A stretch of 64,000 nucleotides of DNA from a virus. Positions 28,786 to 38,257 of this stretch are shown here, in pieces. The number at the start of each line of letters is the position of its first letter. The first letter of the stretch is position 1. The stretch lies in UHGV virus genome UHGV-1366919; one strand, written 5' to 3'. The position numbers were made by a program, and so were the translations under genes. The notes under the pieces are model-generated. The model saw only the letters and a list, made by a program, of their open reading frames with translations, had not been told where the DNA came from and did no database searches.

Positions 28786-29184
28786 TTACAGAACTTGAAG
28801 CTGCATGATCTCGACGATGTTCTTAACGTCATTCGTAATATAGGCGAAGATCTTTTCGACTTTATTCAAATATTCAACCAGCATCTTTTGATCTTCGATC
28901 TCTTGAGTAATTTCCTGCATAGGCTTGGTATTGGCAATAACATTTTTCATAGAAGCAGTAGACATTTGAACCAATGGCTCCTGCTTTTCAAGGGCAGTTT
29001 TTTCAAGAGCTTTCTTCTTTCGTTCCAATCTATTGAGTTCCTGTGTTTCTAAAATCAGCTTTGTTACCCAATAATGTTTTCTTTGAGGAATTTCAAAAGA
29101 TTTTTGCTGAATAACCATTTCATTTAATTTCAAATCTTCAGCAATTTCTTTTGAGTATTGTTCGAGTTTTTCTTGAGGTGTCAT
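28786..29184 (-). CDS. Hypothetical coiled-coil protein
   Basis: 132-aa ORF. The opposite-strand ORF 28795..29052 looks like F/L-rich antisense noise. Confidence 0.4.
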   Translation of the reverse strand: MTPQEKLEQYSKEIAEDLKLNEMVIQQKSFEIPQRKHYWVTKLILETQELNRLERKKKALEKTALEKQEPLVQMSTASMKNVIANTKPMQEITQEIEDQKMLVEYLNKVEKIFAYITNDVKNIVEIMQLQVL

Positions 29185-29211
29185 GTCTTTAACTAATGTT
29201 ATTATAACATC

Positions 29212-29649
29212 ATGAAGCTAAAAAGACATAAGGATATTGCCTCATTATTCATTAACAAGAAAAAAGTTGAAGAAGACTGCGAAGGAATGACAGCAGGTTC
29301 TGTTTTAGCTCCTTCAGCCCAGGCGACTGGAGGAAATATTACAAATACCGATTCGTATGCCCCAGGAGACAATAGAATTCCTAAGTCTTTATTCAAAACG
29401 AGGGTTATTAAACGAAAATATAAAGAAGAAGATGCTGAAGAATATCCTGAAATTCCGGCTGATTTCTTTACTGATAAGGAATGGGAAAAAATTGAAGAAG
29501 AGGCTGAAAGCCGTGGATGCAGTCCTTATGAAGTAGCTTATCGAGAATATAAAGCCAGAGGAGGAATGGACCAGGACCGCAAAATGACGGATATTGAAGT
29601 TCAAAAAGCATTTGATGAATTAAAATCGCATTTGGCGGATTATAATTGA
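29212..29649 (+). CDS. Hypothetical protein
   Basis: 145-aa ORF. First gene of a plus-strand cluster. Confidence 0.4.
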   Translation: MKLKRHKDIASLFINKKKVEEDCEGMTAGSVLAPSAQATGGNITNTDSYAPGDNRIPKSLFKTRVIKRKYKEEDAEEYPEIPADFFTDKEWEKIEEEAESRGCSPYEVAYREYKARGGMDQDRKMTDIEVQKAFDELKSHLADYN

Positions 29650-30110
29650 TTCCAATGAATCAAGATTTAGGTCATTGGGTTACTTCGATAGACATCCCTG
29701 AAGAAATATTCGGGTTTGTCTATCGAATTACCAATTTGGAAAATAATAAAATGTACATCGGTAAAAAACTTTGTACATCGGTTAAAAAGCTTCCTCCATT
29801 AAAAGGTAAAACAAGAAAAAGACATAAAAAAGTAGAAACAGATTGGAAAACTTATACCGGGTCTTCTCCGGAATTAAATGAAGATATTAAAAAATTAGGC
29901 AAAGATAAATTTAAATTCGAGATTATAAAATTTTGTACCTGTAAATGGGAATTGAGTTATTTTGAAGCAAAGGCCCAATTTGAAGAAGATGTTTTATTCA
30001 AGCAAGATGAATATTACAATGGTATAATCAATTTAAGAATTGGCCGTTCGCCAAAAGAAAGTCTTGAAAAATTTAATTTATGCCAATCGAATTTAAAATC
30101 CGGAATTTAA
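29646..30110 (+). CDS. GIY-YIG family nuclease (small, Seg-like or freestanding)
   Basis: GFVYRITNLENNKMYIGKK is the GIY...YIG motif. 154 aa, apparently without a large DNA-binding extension. Confidence 0.55.
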   Translation: MIPMNQDLGHWVTSIDIPEEIFGFVYRITNLENNKMYIGKKLCTSVKKLPPLKGKTRKRHKKVETDWKTYTGSSPELNEDIKKLGKDKFKFEIIKFCTCKWELSYFEAKAQFEEDVLFKQDEYYNGIINLRIGRSPKESLEKFNLCQSNLKSGI

Positions 30111-30574
30111 CTGTTATTGATTTGAATTGCTTATTTGATTCAGCTTTATTTGAAGCCAACAAGTATGCTTTAGACAATGACATTAAAAGTTCAAAAGATA
30201 TTTCTACGCTTTTTAAACATTTTACCTTTACAAAATTTTTAGATGTTTGCCAAAATTTTACTACTAAAAATATTCTTCTCTATTTTGAAGATCAATCCGA
30301 TTTGCCAAAGGATTATTTTCTTATTTTAAAACTCCTGAAAAATAAAATTAAATTTCCAACCATCATTTCCAATATCTCTATTAATGAATATCTGGCAATC
30401 ATTTCTGATGATTCTCCAGAATTTGATGAAGTAATGGCTGAAAATTATAATTTTAGTTTTATAGATCATTTTACTGATTTTAAAAATTATCTTAAGAAGT
30501 CAGGTCTTCTTTTCCTTAACAAGAAGTACCAGAATTTGACTGAAGTTATCGGTCTTCTAATAGCATGTAAATAA
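30080..30574 (+). CDS. Hypothetical protein
   Basis: 164-aa ORF. Confidence 0.4.
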   Translation: MPIEFKIRNLTVIDLNCLFDSALFEANKYALDNDIKSSKDISTLFKHFTFTKFLDVCQNFTTKNILLYFEDQSDLPKDYFLILKLLKNKIKFPTIISNISINEYLAIISDDSPEFDEVMAENYNFSFIDHFTDFKNYLKKSGLLFLNKKYQNLTEVIGLLIACK

Positions 30575-30582
30575 AAATTATC

Positions 30583-30999
30583 ATGAATTCTAATTTATTC
30601 AAGACATTAGATACTTTAACAAAACAATATTTGATTAAAGAAGCTAATGATGAAGACCTTCCTTTTCCTACTGGAGAAGAGGGAGATCAAGGCGATAAAG
30701 AAGTAGATGCTGAGGTTGAAATGGATATTAATGAGCCTCAAGCCGATGATCCTACTGAAACTCCGGAAACTGGAGATATTCCTCAAAATGAAGAAGGAGC
30801 TTTTATTTCCGATACAAAGCTTGCAATGTTCGCTAATCTTCTTTTAAAAGCTTTCATGGCTCCTCCTTCTACTGATATTCCGGAGAATCTTCAAAATGTA
30901 ACGGCAAACAATGCTAGCCAGGTTATCGCCTTTATTGAGTCTAGGATGAATCTTCAAAAGCCGACTAATAATATTGTTGATGACTTATCAAAAGTTTAA
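30583..30999 (+). CDS. Hypothetical acidic protein
   Basis: 138-aa ORF, Asp/Glu-rich. Confidence 0.4.
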   Translation: MNSNLFKTLDTLTKQYLIKEANDEDLPFPTGEEGDQGDKEVDAEVEMDINEPQADDPTETPETGDIPQNEEGAFISDTKLAMFANLLLKAFMAPPSTDIPENLQNVTANNASQVIAFIESRMNLQKPTNNIVDDLSKV

Positions 31000-31004
31000 A
31001 GGTT

Positions 31005-32945
31005 ATGCAAGAATTTACAAAAATTTTACAAAATATTGAGCTAATTCAGGAAGCTCAAAAAAGAAAAGATCCTGTTCTTAATGTAGTAACATTATTCAGT
31101 GGAATGGGAGCTCCGGAAATTGCCCTTGATAAATTGGGAGTCAAATACAGGATTGTTCTGGCATCTGATATTGATCCAGAGGCTGAAGCAGTTTATAAGC
31201 AACTTCATGGTAAAAAACTTGCTAAAGGAAATGATTCATTTATTCCGAATGTTTATGATGTTTTAGACCAGGTTGAACCTTCAAAGCTTAGCGCAGATGT
31301 TTTAATTGCAGGATTTTCTTGCCAGGCTTTTTCTTTATCTGGTAAACAATATGGCATTTATTCTCGTCAAGTAAAACCTGAAGGATCCAATAAAAAATTT
31401 GTCGTCAATATTAAAAGGCATTTAACTGATATTAATGGAGATACTGCAATCACTGTTAATAATGATGAATCTGATCCTTTACCTGAAGGACTTCCCGAAG
31501 GAACTAAAGTAACTATTTCTCCAGATTCTGACGGTAAGCTGGCATTTCAAACATTAAAGATTGCCCAAACATTAAAGCCAAAAGTTATTATTCTTGAAAA
31601 TGTTTCTACTTTTGGCCAGGCTGATATTGAAGATGAAGATGAAGTTCCTTCTGAATTTATTACAGAAGAAAAAGAAATTAAAGTAATTCAATCCAGACTG
31701 GGACAATCTGGAAAAGTAGACATATCTGAAGGAGGTTATTTGAGACTCCTTGGAAAGATTTTCAATACTATTGGATATAGTTTTTATCCAATGTACCTTG
31801 ATCCGACTTCTTATACTAATTCCGTAATTCGTCGTCCACGAATTTATATCGTTGGTATTCGAAATGATATTGAAGCAGGAATTAATCCAAATAAATTAGA
31901 AGCTTTTGATGATAAGATGGCAACTAATTTTGGATTGAACACCACTAAATCCGAAAAGGATTATCAAAAGCTTTTGGACAAAACTTTGAACTACATTATG
32001 AGTTCAAAGTATTCTCATGGCTATATGTCCAAAAATCCTCGAGAACTTGTTAAAGGTTTAGTCTCTAAATTTGGCATTAATAGATTTGCAGAAGCTACTG
32101 ACTATATCTTTAATAAGCTTGTTAAAAATGGAAGTGTTGATCCCAGAAACCTTCAATTAAATCAATTTCAGTATGATTCTAATGTTATTGATAAAGAATT
32201 TAATGATCCTCAGGTTATTAAATTCTTCAAGAAAATCAGAAGCGAACAGCAACCTGTAATTTTGGATGTATCTGAAAAAAGCGATACTGTTGATTATCTT
32301 TCTACTGTTTTAGCGGAAGGTATTTCTGGTTATTTTGAAGAATATAGCGGTAAATTTACTATTGATAATCCGCAAGGTAAATTAAATTTAGACTTTGGAA
32401 CTAAACCCGCAAAACCAAAGGTTAAGAAAGAAAAACCATTGGTTCAGGGTGAATTGGATCTTGACTATGGGGAAGATCCTTTGGGACAAGTAGTTCAAGA
32501 AGCTTTAGGAAAATATAATAATCAAAAAGTTGATGAAATTGCTATTAAGAAATTTAAAGAAATCATTGCTAAGAAGTTATTGACCCAATTTCTTTTAAAT
32601 TCTTATAATAAACGTAATTTAAGTTATATTCCTACAATTCTCAAGAATTCATCTATTCCTATGAAAGTCGGAGGAGTTGGCAATGCAAACTACTTTATTC
32701 TTCGTAATAAATCCGGACAGTTTAGCTGGGGATATATTCATCCGGCAATTTTGATGAAGTTGATGGGAATGTATTATAATTCAAGTTCCGGAGATGATTC
32801 AATTTATCAAAGTATAGCAAAAACAAAACTTGCAAATGGCCGTCCGATTTCAGTTAATGGAATTATTCGACGAATTGGTAATTCAATGAGTGTAACAGTT
32901 CTTGAAAAATTATTCAAATCGCTAATTTCAATGAAAGCCCTATGA
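31005..32945 (+). CDS. C5-cytosine DNA methyltransferase (orphan; no cognate restriction endonuclease seen)
   Basis: Motif I LFSGMGAPE, motif IV GFSCQAFS (PCQ-type), motif VI ILENVSTF (ENV), motif VIII RRPRIYIVG, motif X RRIGNSMSVTV. A long variable region lies between motifs VIII and IX. Confidence 0.75.
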   Translation: MQEFTKILQNIELIQEAQKRKDPVLNVVTLFSGMGAPEIALDKLGVKYRIVLASDIDPEAEAVYKQLHGKKLAKGNDSFIPNVYDVLDQVEPSKLSADVLIAGFSCQAFSLSGKQYGIYSRQVKPEGSNKKFVVNIKRHLTDINGDTAITVNNDESDPLPEGLPEGTKVTISPDSDGKLAFQTLKIAQTLKPKVIILENVSTFGQADIEDEDEVPSEFITEEKEIKVIQSRLGQSGKVDISEGGYLRLLGKIFNTIGYSFYPMYLDPTSYTNSVIRRPRIYIVGIRNDIEAGINPNKLEAFDDKMATNFGLNTTKSEKDYQKLLDKTLNYIMSSKYSHGYMSKNPRELVKGLVSKFGINRFAEATDYIFNKLVKNGSVDPRNLQLNQFQYDSNVIDKEFNDPQVIKFFKKIRSEQQPVILDVSEKSDTVDYLSTVLAEGISGYFEEYSGKFTIDNPQGKLNLDFGTKPAKPKVKKEKPLVQGELDLDYGEDPLGQVVQEALGKYNNQKVDEIAIKKFKEIIAKKLLTQFLLNSYNKRNLSYIPTILKNSSIPMKVGGVGNANYFILRNKSGQFSWGYIHPAILMKLMGMYYNSSSGDDSIYQSIAKTKLANGRPISVNGIIRRIGNSMSVTVLEKLFKSLISMKAL

Positions 32946-32946
32946 T

Positions 32947-32981
32947 TAAAAACCCGAAGGATTTAATCCTTCGGGTTTTTC
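32947..32981. terminator. Bidirectional hairpin terminator. It is a near-identical copy of the element at 13900..13933.
   Basis: AAAAACCCGAAGGATTTAATCCTTCGGGTTTTTC sits between convergent genes. Confidence 0.65.
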
Positions 32982-32982
32982 T

Positions 32983-35061
32983 TTATCCAAATAAAATATT
33001 CAAAATAAATTCTGAACAAGTTGTTTCAAGAAGGTTTTCTTCATTCTCTTCCTGTCCCCTTTGCCTTCGCCATTCAAGGGCATCATAAATCATGCCTGTT
33101 TCCGGATCATATTCCAAAAATCTTCCTGAAGTTGAATCTTTCCAAAGATAATGCCCATTATTCAGGCGTTTACTCTTTTTGGGAGGAATAAATCCATCGG
33201 GAGCCTTCTTGGGATATTTTTCTTTTTTAGTTGTTTTTTGTTTAGCTTTTCTTTGTTTTTTAGAAGAATCGCTTAAACGCTTTGTATCTTGAGATGCTTG
33301 AGATTGTTTTTCTGAAGAATAATCTTCTCCGTCAGTAGCTCTGGCATCTTCTCCCTCAAATTCAGTTCCTTGATTTGGACTTTCAGGTTGAGGCGGAGGA
33401 GTTCCTCCTTCAGTTTTACCAAAAGAATCCCCCTCACCTTTATTTTCAGAAGATGTATTATTCTTTTCAGAAGTTTTATCATTTTGAGTTCCATAATTAT
33501 TAAACTTCCGGAAAGCAGCAAAAATATTAGGATTTTCTCCACCTTTATTGCTATCTATCCATCTTTTAATTTGACTGTCTACAGGTCCTTCAGTGGCGAT
33601 TGTACTTCCATTAACTGCTCGGTATTTCTTAAATCCAAATTGAGGATTACTGGAAAAATTACCTTGTTCATCCACCGAAGAAAGTTCAGAATTGGTTAAT
33701 AATTCTTCAATATAATTGATAACTTTTTCACCAAGGAATTCAGTGAAAATAGATTTTTCAAAAGCTTCTGCGATAGGAGTAACTTTTCTGGAACCTTTAA
33801 CACCACTGACTAAAACAAATTCAGTTAAAATACCTTTAGACTTAAGTCCATCAACTAACATTCTTCCCAGACGTTTAGTAGTATCAGAATAAAAATCAGA
33901 TTTAATATCTGACATTATTTTGTTAAAATCAGTTTCAGCCTGAGGATAATTATCTTTAAGAAAATCTTTAAAAGCCTCTTTCTGATTATTGTCAAAAAGA
34001 ACAAGGTAAAGAATAGGCTTATTAACAGAAGCCTGTTCTCTTTGAGTCTTTTCAAATGTTGTTTCTTCTTTAATCAAATTAAAAGAATTTTCTTGATATG
34101 AAGAATTAACAATTTCTGTACTGTCGGATTGTTGCTGTTCTGGATTTTGTTCTTGATTTTGATCCTTCGACTGACCTTGTGAATTATTCTGTTTATTGCC
34201 TATTTGCTTATTTTCATAGGTATAACCAATATAATCAAGAATTTTATAAACTTGAGGATCTTTAACAAATGGGCTAATCGGTTGTCCAGATGCCATGAAT
34301 TTATCATTCAAATATTTGAAGATAAGATATTTGTCATCTTTTTGGTAATCTTGAATTTCTTTTTTAGCATCAGCCAAATTCTTTTTAAGAGTATCAATAC
34401 CTTGCCCTATACTCAAATCAGTATTTCCAAGAGTTTTATAAATGTTATAAGCTCCCCGAATCCCGCCTTTAGCAGCTTGGTAAGCTTTGCCGGCAGTGGA
34501 TGTTGCTCCAGACGGATTAGTTTTTAATGATTTAGGAAGAAAATTATTTCCGCCATGCATTGCAGTTGATGTATCTTCTTCCTTCAGAGTATAATCAACT
34601 TCAATCTTCTTATCAGAAATATTATCTTTTGAAATATCGATTAAAGCATCAAGTTCATTTTTAAGAAACTCTTGTCCTAATAAAACTTTATTTTTATTAT
34701 TGGACCTGTTACCAACCGTAAAAGGAACATTTAAAAATTCATCAGTGGCAAACTTAACATCAAATAATACTACAGGACGATCTTCAGTTTGGCCGGCTCC
34801 AATATTAATTGTAATAGTGTCCTGAACTTTTTTAGAAACCCTGTGATCTTTACCATTCTCATCATAGGTAGTAAAAACTACAACATCGCCTTGATAATAA
34901 AAATCTTCGCCATGAATTACATTAAAGGCTCCATTACCGCTATCGACTTTGGCTAAAATATCTCCAACTCCCTTAATAAAAATAGGTTCTTCAACTCCAA
35001 CTACTAATTTTTCCAGCCAAAGTTGATAATTTCTTTTTCTCAAATAGTTTAAAGCTTTCAT
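32983..35061 (-). CDS. Large hypothetical protein (692 aa) with a Gln/Asn/Ser-rich low-complexity middle region and a basic C-terminus
   Basis: Long ORF. Internal QNNSQGQSKDQNQEQNPEQQQSD. C-terminal KKQRKAKQKTTKKEKYPKK. Confidence 0.5.
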   Translation of the reverse strand: MKALNYLRKRNYQLWLEKLVVGVEEPIFIKGVGDILAKVDSGNGAFNVIHGEDFYYQGDVVVFTTYDENGKDHRVSKKVQDTITINIGAGQTEDRPVVLFDVKFATDEFLNVPFTVGNRSNNKNKVLLGQEFLKNELDALIDISKDNISDKKIEVDYTLKEEDTSTAMHGGNNFLPKSLKTNPSGATSTAGKAYQAAKGGIRGAYNIYKTLGNTDLSIGQGIDTLKKNLADAKKEIQDYQKDDKYLIFKYLNDKFMASGQPISPFVKDPQVYKILDYIGYTYENKQIGNKQNNSQGQSKDQNQEQNPEQQQSDSTEIVNSSYQENSFNLIKEETTFEKTQREQASVNKPILYLVLFDNNQKEAFKDFLKDNYPQAETDFNKIMSDIKSDFYSDTTKRLGRMLVDGLKSKGILTEFVLVSGVKGSRKVTPIAEAFEKSIFTEFLGEKVINYIEELLTNSELSSVDEQGNFSSNPQFGFKKYRAVNGSTIATEGPVDSQIKRWIDSNKGGENPNIFAAFRKFNNYGTQNDKTSEKNNTSSENKGEGDSFGKTEGGTPPPQPESPNQGTEFEGEDARATDGEDYSSEKQSQASQDTKRLSDSSKKQRKAKQKTTKKEKYPKKAPDGFIPPKKSKRLNNGHYLWKDSTSGRFLEYDPETGMIYDALEWRRQRGQEENEENLLETTCSEFILNILFG

Positions 35062-35062
35062 A

Positions 35063-35461
35063 TTAATTTAAAGGAATGGAAATAATTTGCGGGATAGTCA
35101 CTCGTTTATTTCCAACATTTATAGTTTGCTGAAGATTAATCCCAGAGTTTAACTGGGTAATATAATCTTCCAGAGATAAAGAGATAGCAGTTAAATCAGC
35201 AGTCAATAAAGATCGAAGATAGGATAATTGAGGAGAATCAATTTCATTAGAGCAATTTTGAGAAATAATATCCAACTTACCTTTAATAGAACAAATCAAA
35301 TCCTGCAAGCTTTGCTGAGATTCCAATGCTCCTGTCGGCGGTTGCCCTATAGTTGGTTTTTCAACCTCCCAATTAAACGTATTCGACTGATTATAGCTTT
35401 CTTCAAAGATCCCTTCAGAAATATCTTTTAAAATCTCTAAATTTTCTTCGTCAAGAAACAT
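35063..35461 (-). CDS. Hypothetical protein
   Basis: 132-aa ORF directly upstream of the 692-aa gene. Confidence 0.4.
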   Translation of the reverse strand: MFLDEENLEILKDISEGIFEESYNQSNTFNWEVEKPTIGQPPTGALESQQSLQDLICSIKGKLDIISQNCSNEIDSPQLSYLRSLLTADLTAISLSLEDYITQLNSGINLQQTINVGNKRVTIPQIISIPLN

Positions 35462-35510
35462 ATTTTGTATTTAAAGACAATTCTCGTGATATAATGACTT
35501 TATAAAAGTT

Positions 35511-36248
35511 ATGAAAATTGCCGTTTCAGGAACAAGTTGCTCAGGTAAATCTACATTAATTCGTGAATTTATTAATACCTTTAAGATGTATAAAACCCCG
35601 GCCAAAACTTACAGAGATAGGTTAAAAGCCGAAAAGATAAATCATTCAAGTAAAACCTGCGAAGAAACGCAAAAGTTTATCTTGGATTATATGATTGATC
35701 AATTGACAGAACTTAAGGATGAAAAGTATATCATTTATGATCGTTGTCCTCTCGACGTTCTTGTTTATACTGTTTTAGCAGCTGAAGCAAATCAGGTTAG
35801 TGAAGAATTTTTGGTCGAGACTATTCAAAGGGTTCGAGATTCTCTTAGTTTATTAGATGTAATCTTTATTTGTCCCTTTGATGATAAGATCAAAATCATA
35901 GATAATGGCACCCGAGATACTGACATCAATTATATTAAGAAAGTTGATTCTGTCTTTCAAAATTTAATGCAGCAGTATTATACTGATTTTGAAGCTGACG
36001 TTTTCTTCCCTGTTAAAGATTGCCCTGGTATTATTAATCTTGAAAATCTTAATAACCGTTTAGGAGACATTAAAATTATTATTAATCCAAATGGAGACCT
36101 TTATTCTGCTGAAGATGATAAGAATCTTCAGGCTTACTATCTCGGTGGGAATCAGGTTTCTAAAGCTGACAAGACTCGAGGAATGATGGAATCCTTGATT
36201 GAACGTCAGGAATTTTTGCTTCCTCGTACTGAAATTGAAGGATTATGA
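35511..36248 (+). CDS. P-loop kinase, possibly a deoxynucleotide monophosphate kinase (T4 gp1-like)
   Basis: MKIAVSGTSCSGKST N-terminal Walker A resembles T4 gp1 MKLIFLSGVKRSGKDT. 245 aa versus 241 aa. Confidence 0.35.
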   Translation: MKIAVSGTSCSGKSTLIREFINTFKMYKTPAKTYRDRLKAEKINHSSKTCEETQKFILDYMIDQLTELKDEKYIIYDRCPLDVLVYTVLAAEANQVSEEFLVETIQRVRDSLSLLDVIFICPFDDKIKIIDNGTRDTDINYIKKVDSVFQNLMQQYYTDFEADVFFPVKDCPGIINLENLNNRLGDIKIIINPNGDLYSAEDDKNLQAYYLGGNQVSKADKTRGMMESLIERQEFLLPRTEIEGL

Positions 36249-36686
36249 TTTAAGAGGAAGCGGATCTAACGGAATAGTAACTCCTGTTGGAAGATTGGGG
36301 AAAGATGCAGGGTTAAGATTGATAATTTCAATTAACGTATTAATACCAGTTACAACCTCATTATAATTTGAAATATCATTCAAGTTTAACTGGTTAACTG
36401 CATCTGACAAGTTATTCTGGTCTGAAGAAAGATTATTAACAACAATGGTAGAAGTTCCGATTTTATCGATTTGGTCAGAAGAAGCAGAATAAGAATTCCA
36501 CATTTCATTAAACTGAGAGCCGAAAGAAACATTGTCAAGTGTAATGATAAAAGATGCAAAATCAAGTAAAGTAGTTGTACCTTCAGCTGTTTGGACTAAA
36601 AATTTATCTCCATCTCGAATATCTTGAATTAAAGACAAATCATTTATGCTTGCCCAAACTTTATTTCCATCTTTCTGAATAGCCAT
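36243..36686 (-). CDS. Hypothetical protein
   Basis: 147-aa ORF. Confidence 0.35.
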   Translation of the reverse strand: MAIQKDGNKVWASINDLSLIQDIRDGDKFLVQTAEGTTTLLDFASFIITLDNVSFGSQFNEMWNSYSASSDQIDKIGTSTIVVNNLSSDQNNLSDAVNQLNLNDISNYNEVVTGINTLIEIINLNPASFPNLPTGVTIPLDPLPLKS

Positions 36687-36743
36687 GATTATTAATATTT
36701 AATGGCACCTTCTAATTTTAAGAAATAGATTAAATTAATAAAA

Positions 36744-37142
36744 ATGGATTTTCGCACTGAATTTTTTCCTTTGTTAAACAAAGCATTATATAAAACTGAA
36801 ACAGATGTCTCGGAACATATTGTTTCTAATTCGGATATGTTTTTGTTTAATCGTTATACTTCATTTTATAATCCCGGATTAGTAGGAATTATAAATGAAA
36901 CAATGAATAAATTTGGTAAAAGCCTTTATTTCGATAATTCAGGACCTTATCTTTACCAAGTTCTTAAATCAATCTTTCCAACCTTGAATAAAGGAAGAAT
37001 TAATTATATTTCTAAAAAGAAGTCAGAATTAGTAAAAGGAGCAGATAATTTTGTTAAGAAATATTCTCGAAAATATAATATATCTGAAAGAGAAGTTTGG
37101 GGAATGTTATTCCTAGTAGAAAAAATAAACGAAAAATATTAA
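36744..37142 (+). CDS. Hypothetical protein
   Basis: 132-aa ORF. Confidence 0.4.
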   Translation: MDFRTEFFPLLNKALYKTETDVSEHIVSNSDMFLFNRYTSFYNPGLVGIINETMNKFGKSLYFDNSGPYLYQVLKSIFPTLNKGRINYISKKKSELVKGADNFVKKYSRKYNISEREVWGMLFLVEKINEKY

Positions 37143-37146
37143 AACC

Positions 37147-37557
37147 ATGGTTAAAGACGTAGATGATTATTATAAGATTCCTGAATTTGTTATTGACCTT
37201 AACAAGCAGGAATATAAGGGAGATATGGGTCTTCAAGATTATTGTTTAGACTGGGTATCTTATGATACCATTCTGCTTGATATGATTGACCTTGAAGAAG
37301 GATTTAAGAAAGTAGGTCAGTTTTTAACTGCAACTAATTCCGATATTAAAGCCTGGCGAAAAGGACAAGTTAAAATGATTGGTCCTCGAGTAAAAGATTA
37401 TAAGGTTGGTGATATTGTAATTTTCCCGGGAATTCATGGTCTTGAATCTGGAGGTCTTTATATTACCAATGAATCGGGTGAACGAGAATATGTTAAGCAT
37501 GGACATTTCCTTAGCGAAGGACGTATTTTCGGTAAAGTACATAATATTGAAGAATAA
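37147..37557 (+). CDS. Possible GroES-like co-chaperonin (T4 gp31-like). The assignment is weak.
   Basis: 136 aa. KVGDIVIFPGIHG resembles the GroES mobile-loop-distal beta-hairpin. Context near other morphogenesis-accessory genes. Confidence 0.25.
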   Translation: MVKDVDDYYKIPEFVIDLNKQEYKGDMGLQDYCLDWVSYDTILLDMIDLEEGFKKVGQFLTATNSDIKAWRKGQVKMIGPRVKDYKVGDIVIFPGIHGLESGGLYITNESGEREYVKHGHFLSEGRIFGKVHNIEE

Positions 37558-37916
37558 TGGATAGAAACAGATTAGAAAATCTCTTATTTGACAATATTTT
37601 GATTATTAGTTTTTTTCGACGGACTTACCCTGTTGGGAGAGTCCGTCGAATGATTTGTACCAAGTCGGATATTTTAACTTCTTTTCAAGGACGAGTAAAT
37701 TTAAATTATCGACCGCCGAAGCATTCACCAACAATAAACCAGAAAGAACATAATATTGTTATAGTTTGGGATATTCTTTGTCAAGATTATCGTTGGATAC
37801 CTTGTGAAAGTGTTAACATTATTGAAGTAATTCCTAAAAATGAATTTTGGAATTATTATAATAATGCTTTACTTCCGATGAGTAAGAGAGATAAGATTGC
37901 ATTTATGAATGGTTAA
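37557..37916 (+). CDS. Hypothetical protein
   Basis: 119-aa ORF. Confidence 0.35.
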   Translation: MDRNRLENLLFDNILIISFFRRTYPVGRVRRMICTKSDILTSFQGRVNLNYRPPKHSPTINQKEHNIVIVWDILCQDYRWIPCESVNIIEVIPKNEFWNYYNNALLPMSKRDKIAFMNG

Positions 37917-37918
37917 TC

Positions 37919-38257
37919 ATGGAATTTGTAGAAATAGAAAAATTATTTGATAACTTTTTGCTTTATGATATTAACATTTATCATGATGATAAGCTTTTTA
38001 AAACAGGAAAGCTAAAAATGGTAACAGTTAAAAATCATTATATTAAATTTTTTATTGAAAGTGCTGGAAGTATTAAAGTATTAGAGTTATTTTATCCATT
38101 TAGTTTTAAACAAACTGATAATAAGATTATCTTTGATTATAAAGTTGATACAGTCACCAGGGGGAATAAGCTTCTTAATCTAAAAATAGCAAATTATAAA
38201 GAAGAGATTTCTTCTAAGTTTTTGAATAGTACAGTAACTTTTGAAATTAAAGGATAA
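37919..38257 (+). CDS. Hypothetical protein
   Basis: 112-aa ORF. Confidence 0.35.
   Translation: MEFVEIEKLFDNFLLYDINIYHDDKLFKTGKLKMVTVKNHYIKFFIESAGSIKVLELFYPFSFKQTDNKIIFDYKVDTVTRGNKLLNLKIANYKEEISSKFLNSTVTFEIKG

Noticed and set aside
28795-29052. 85-aa plus-strand ORF
   Set aside because: The F/L-rich translation looks like antisense shadow of the more protein-like minus-strand ORF 28786..29184.
33273-33699. ORFs 33273..33542 (-) and 33370..33699 (+) inside the 692-aa gene
   Set aside because: Nested or antisense within 32983..35061, with low-complexity translations.
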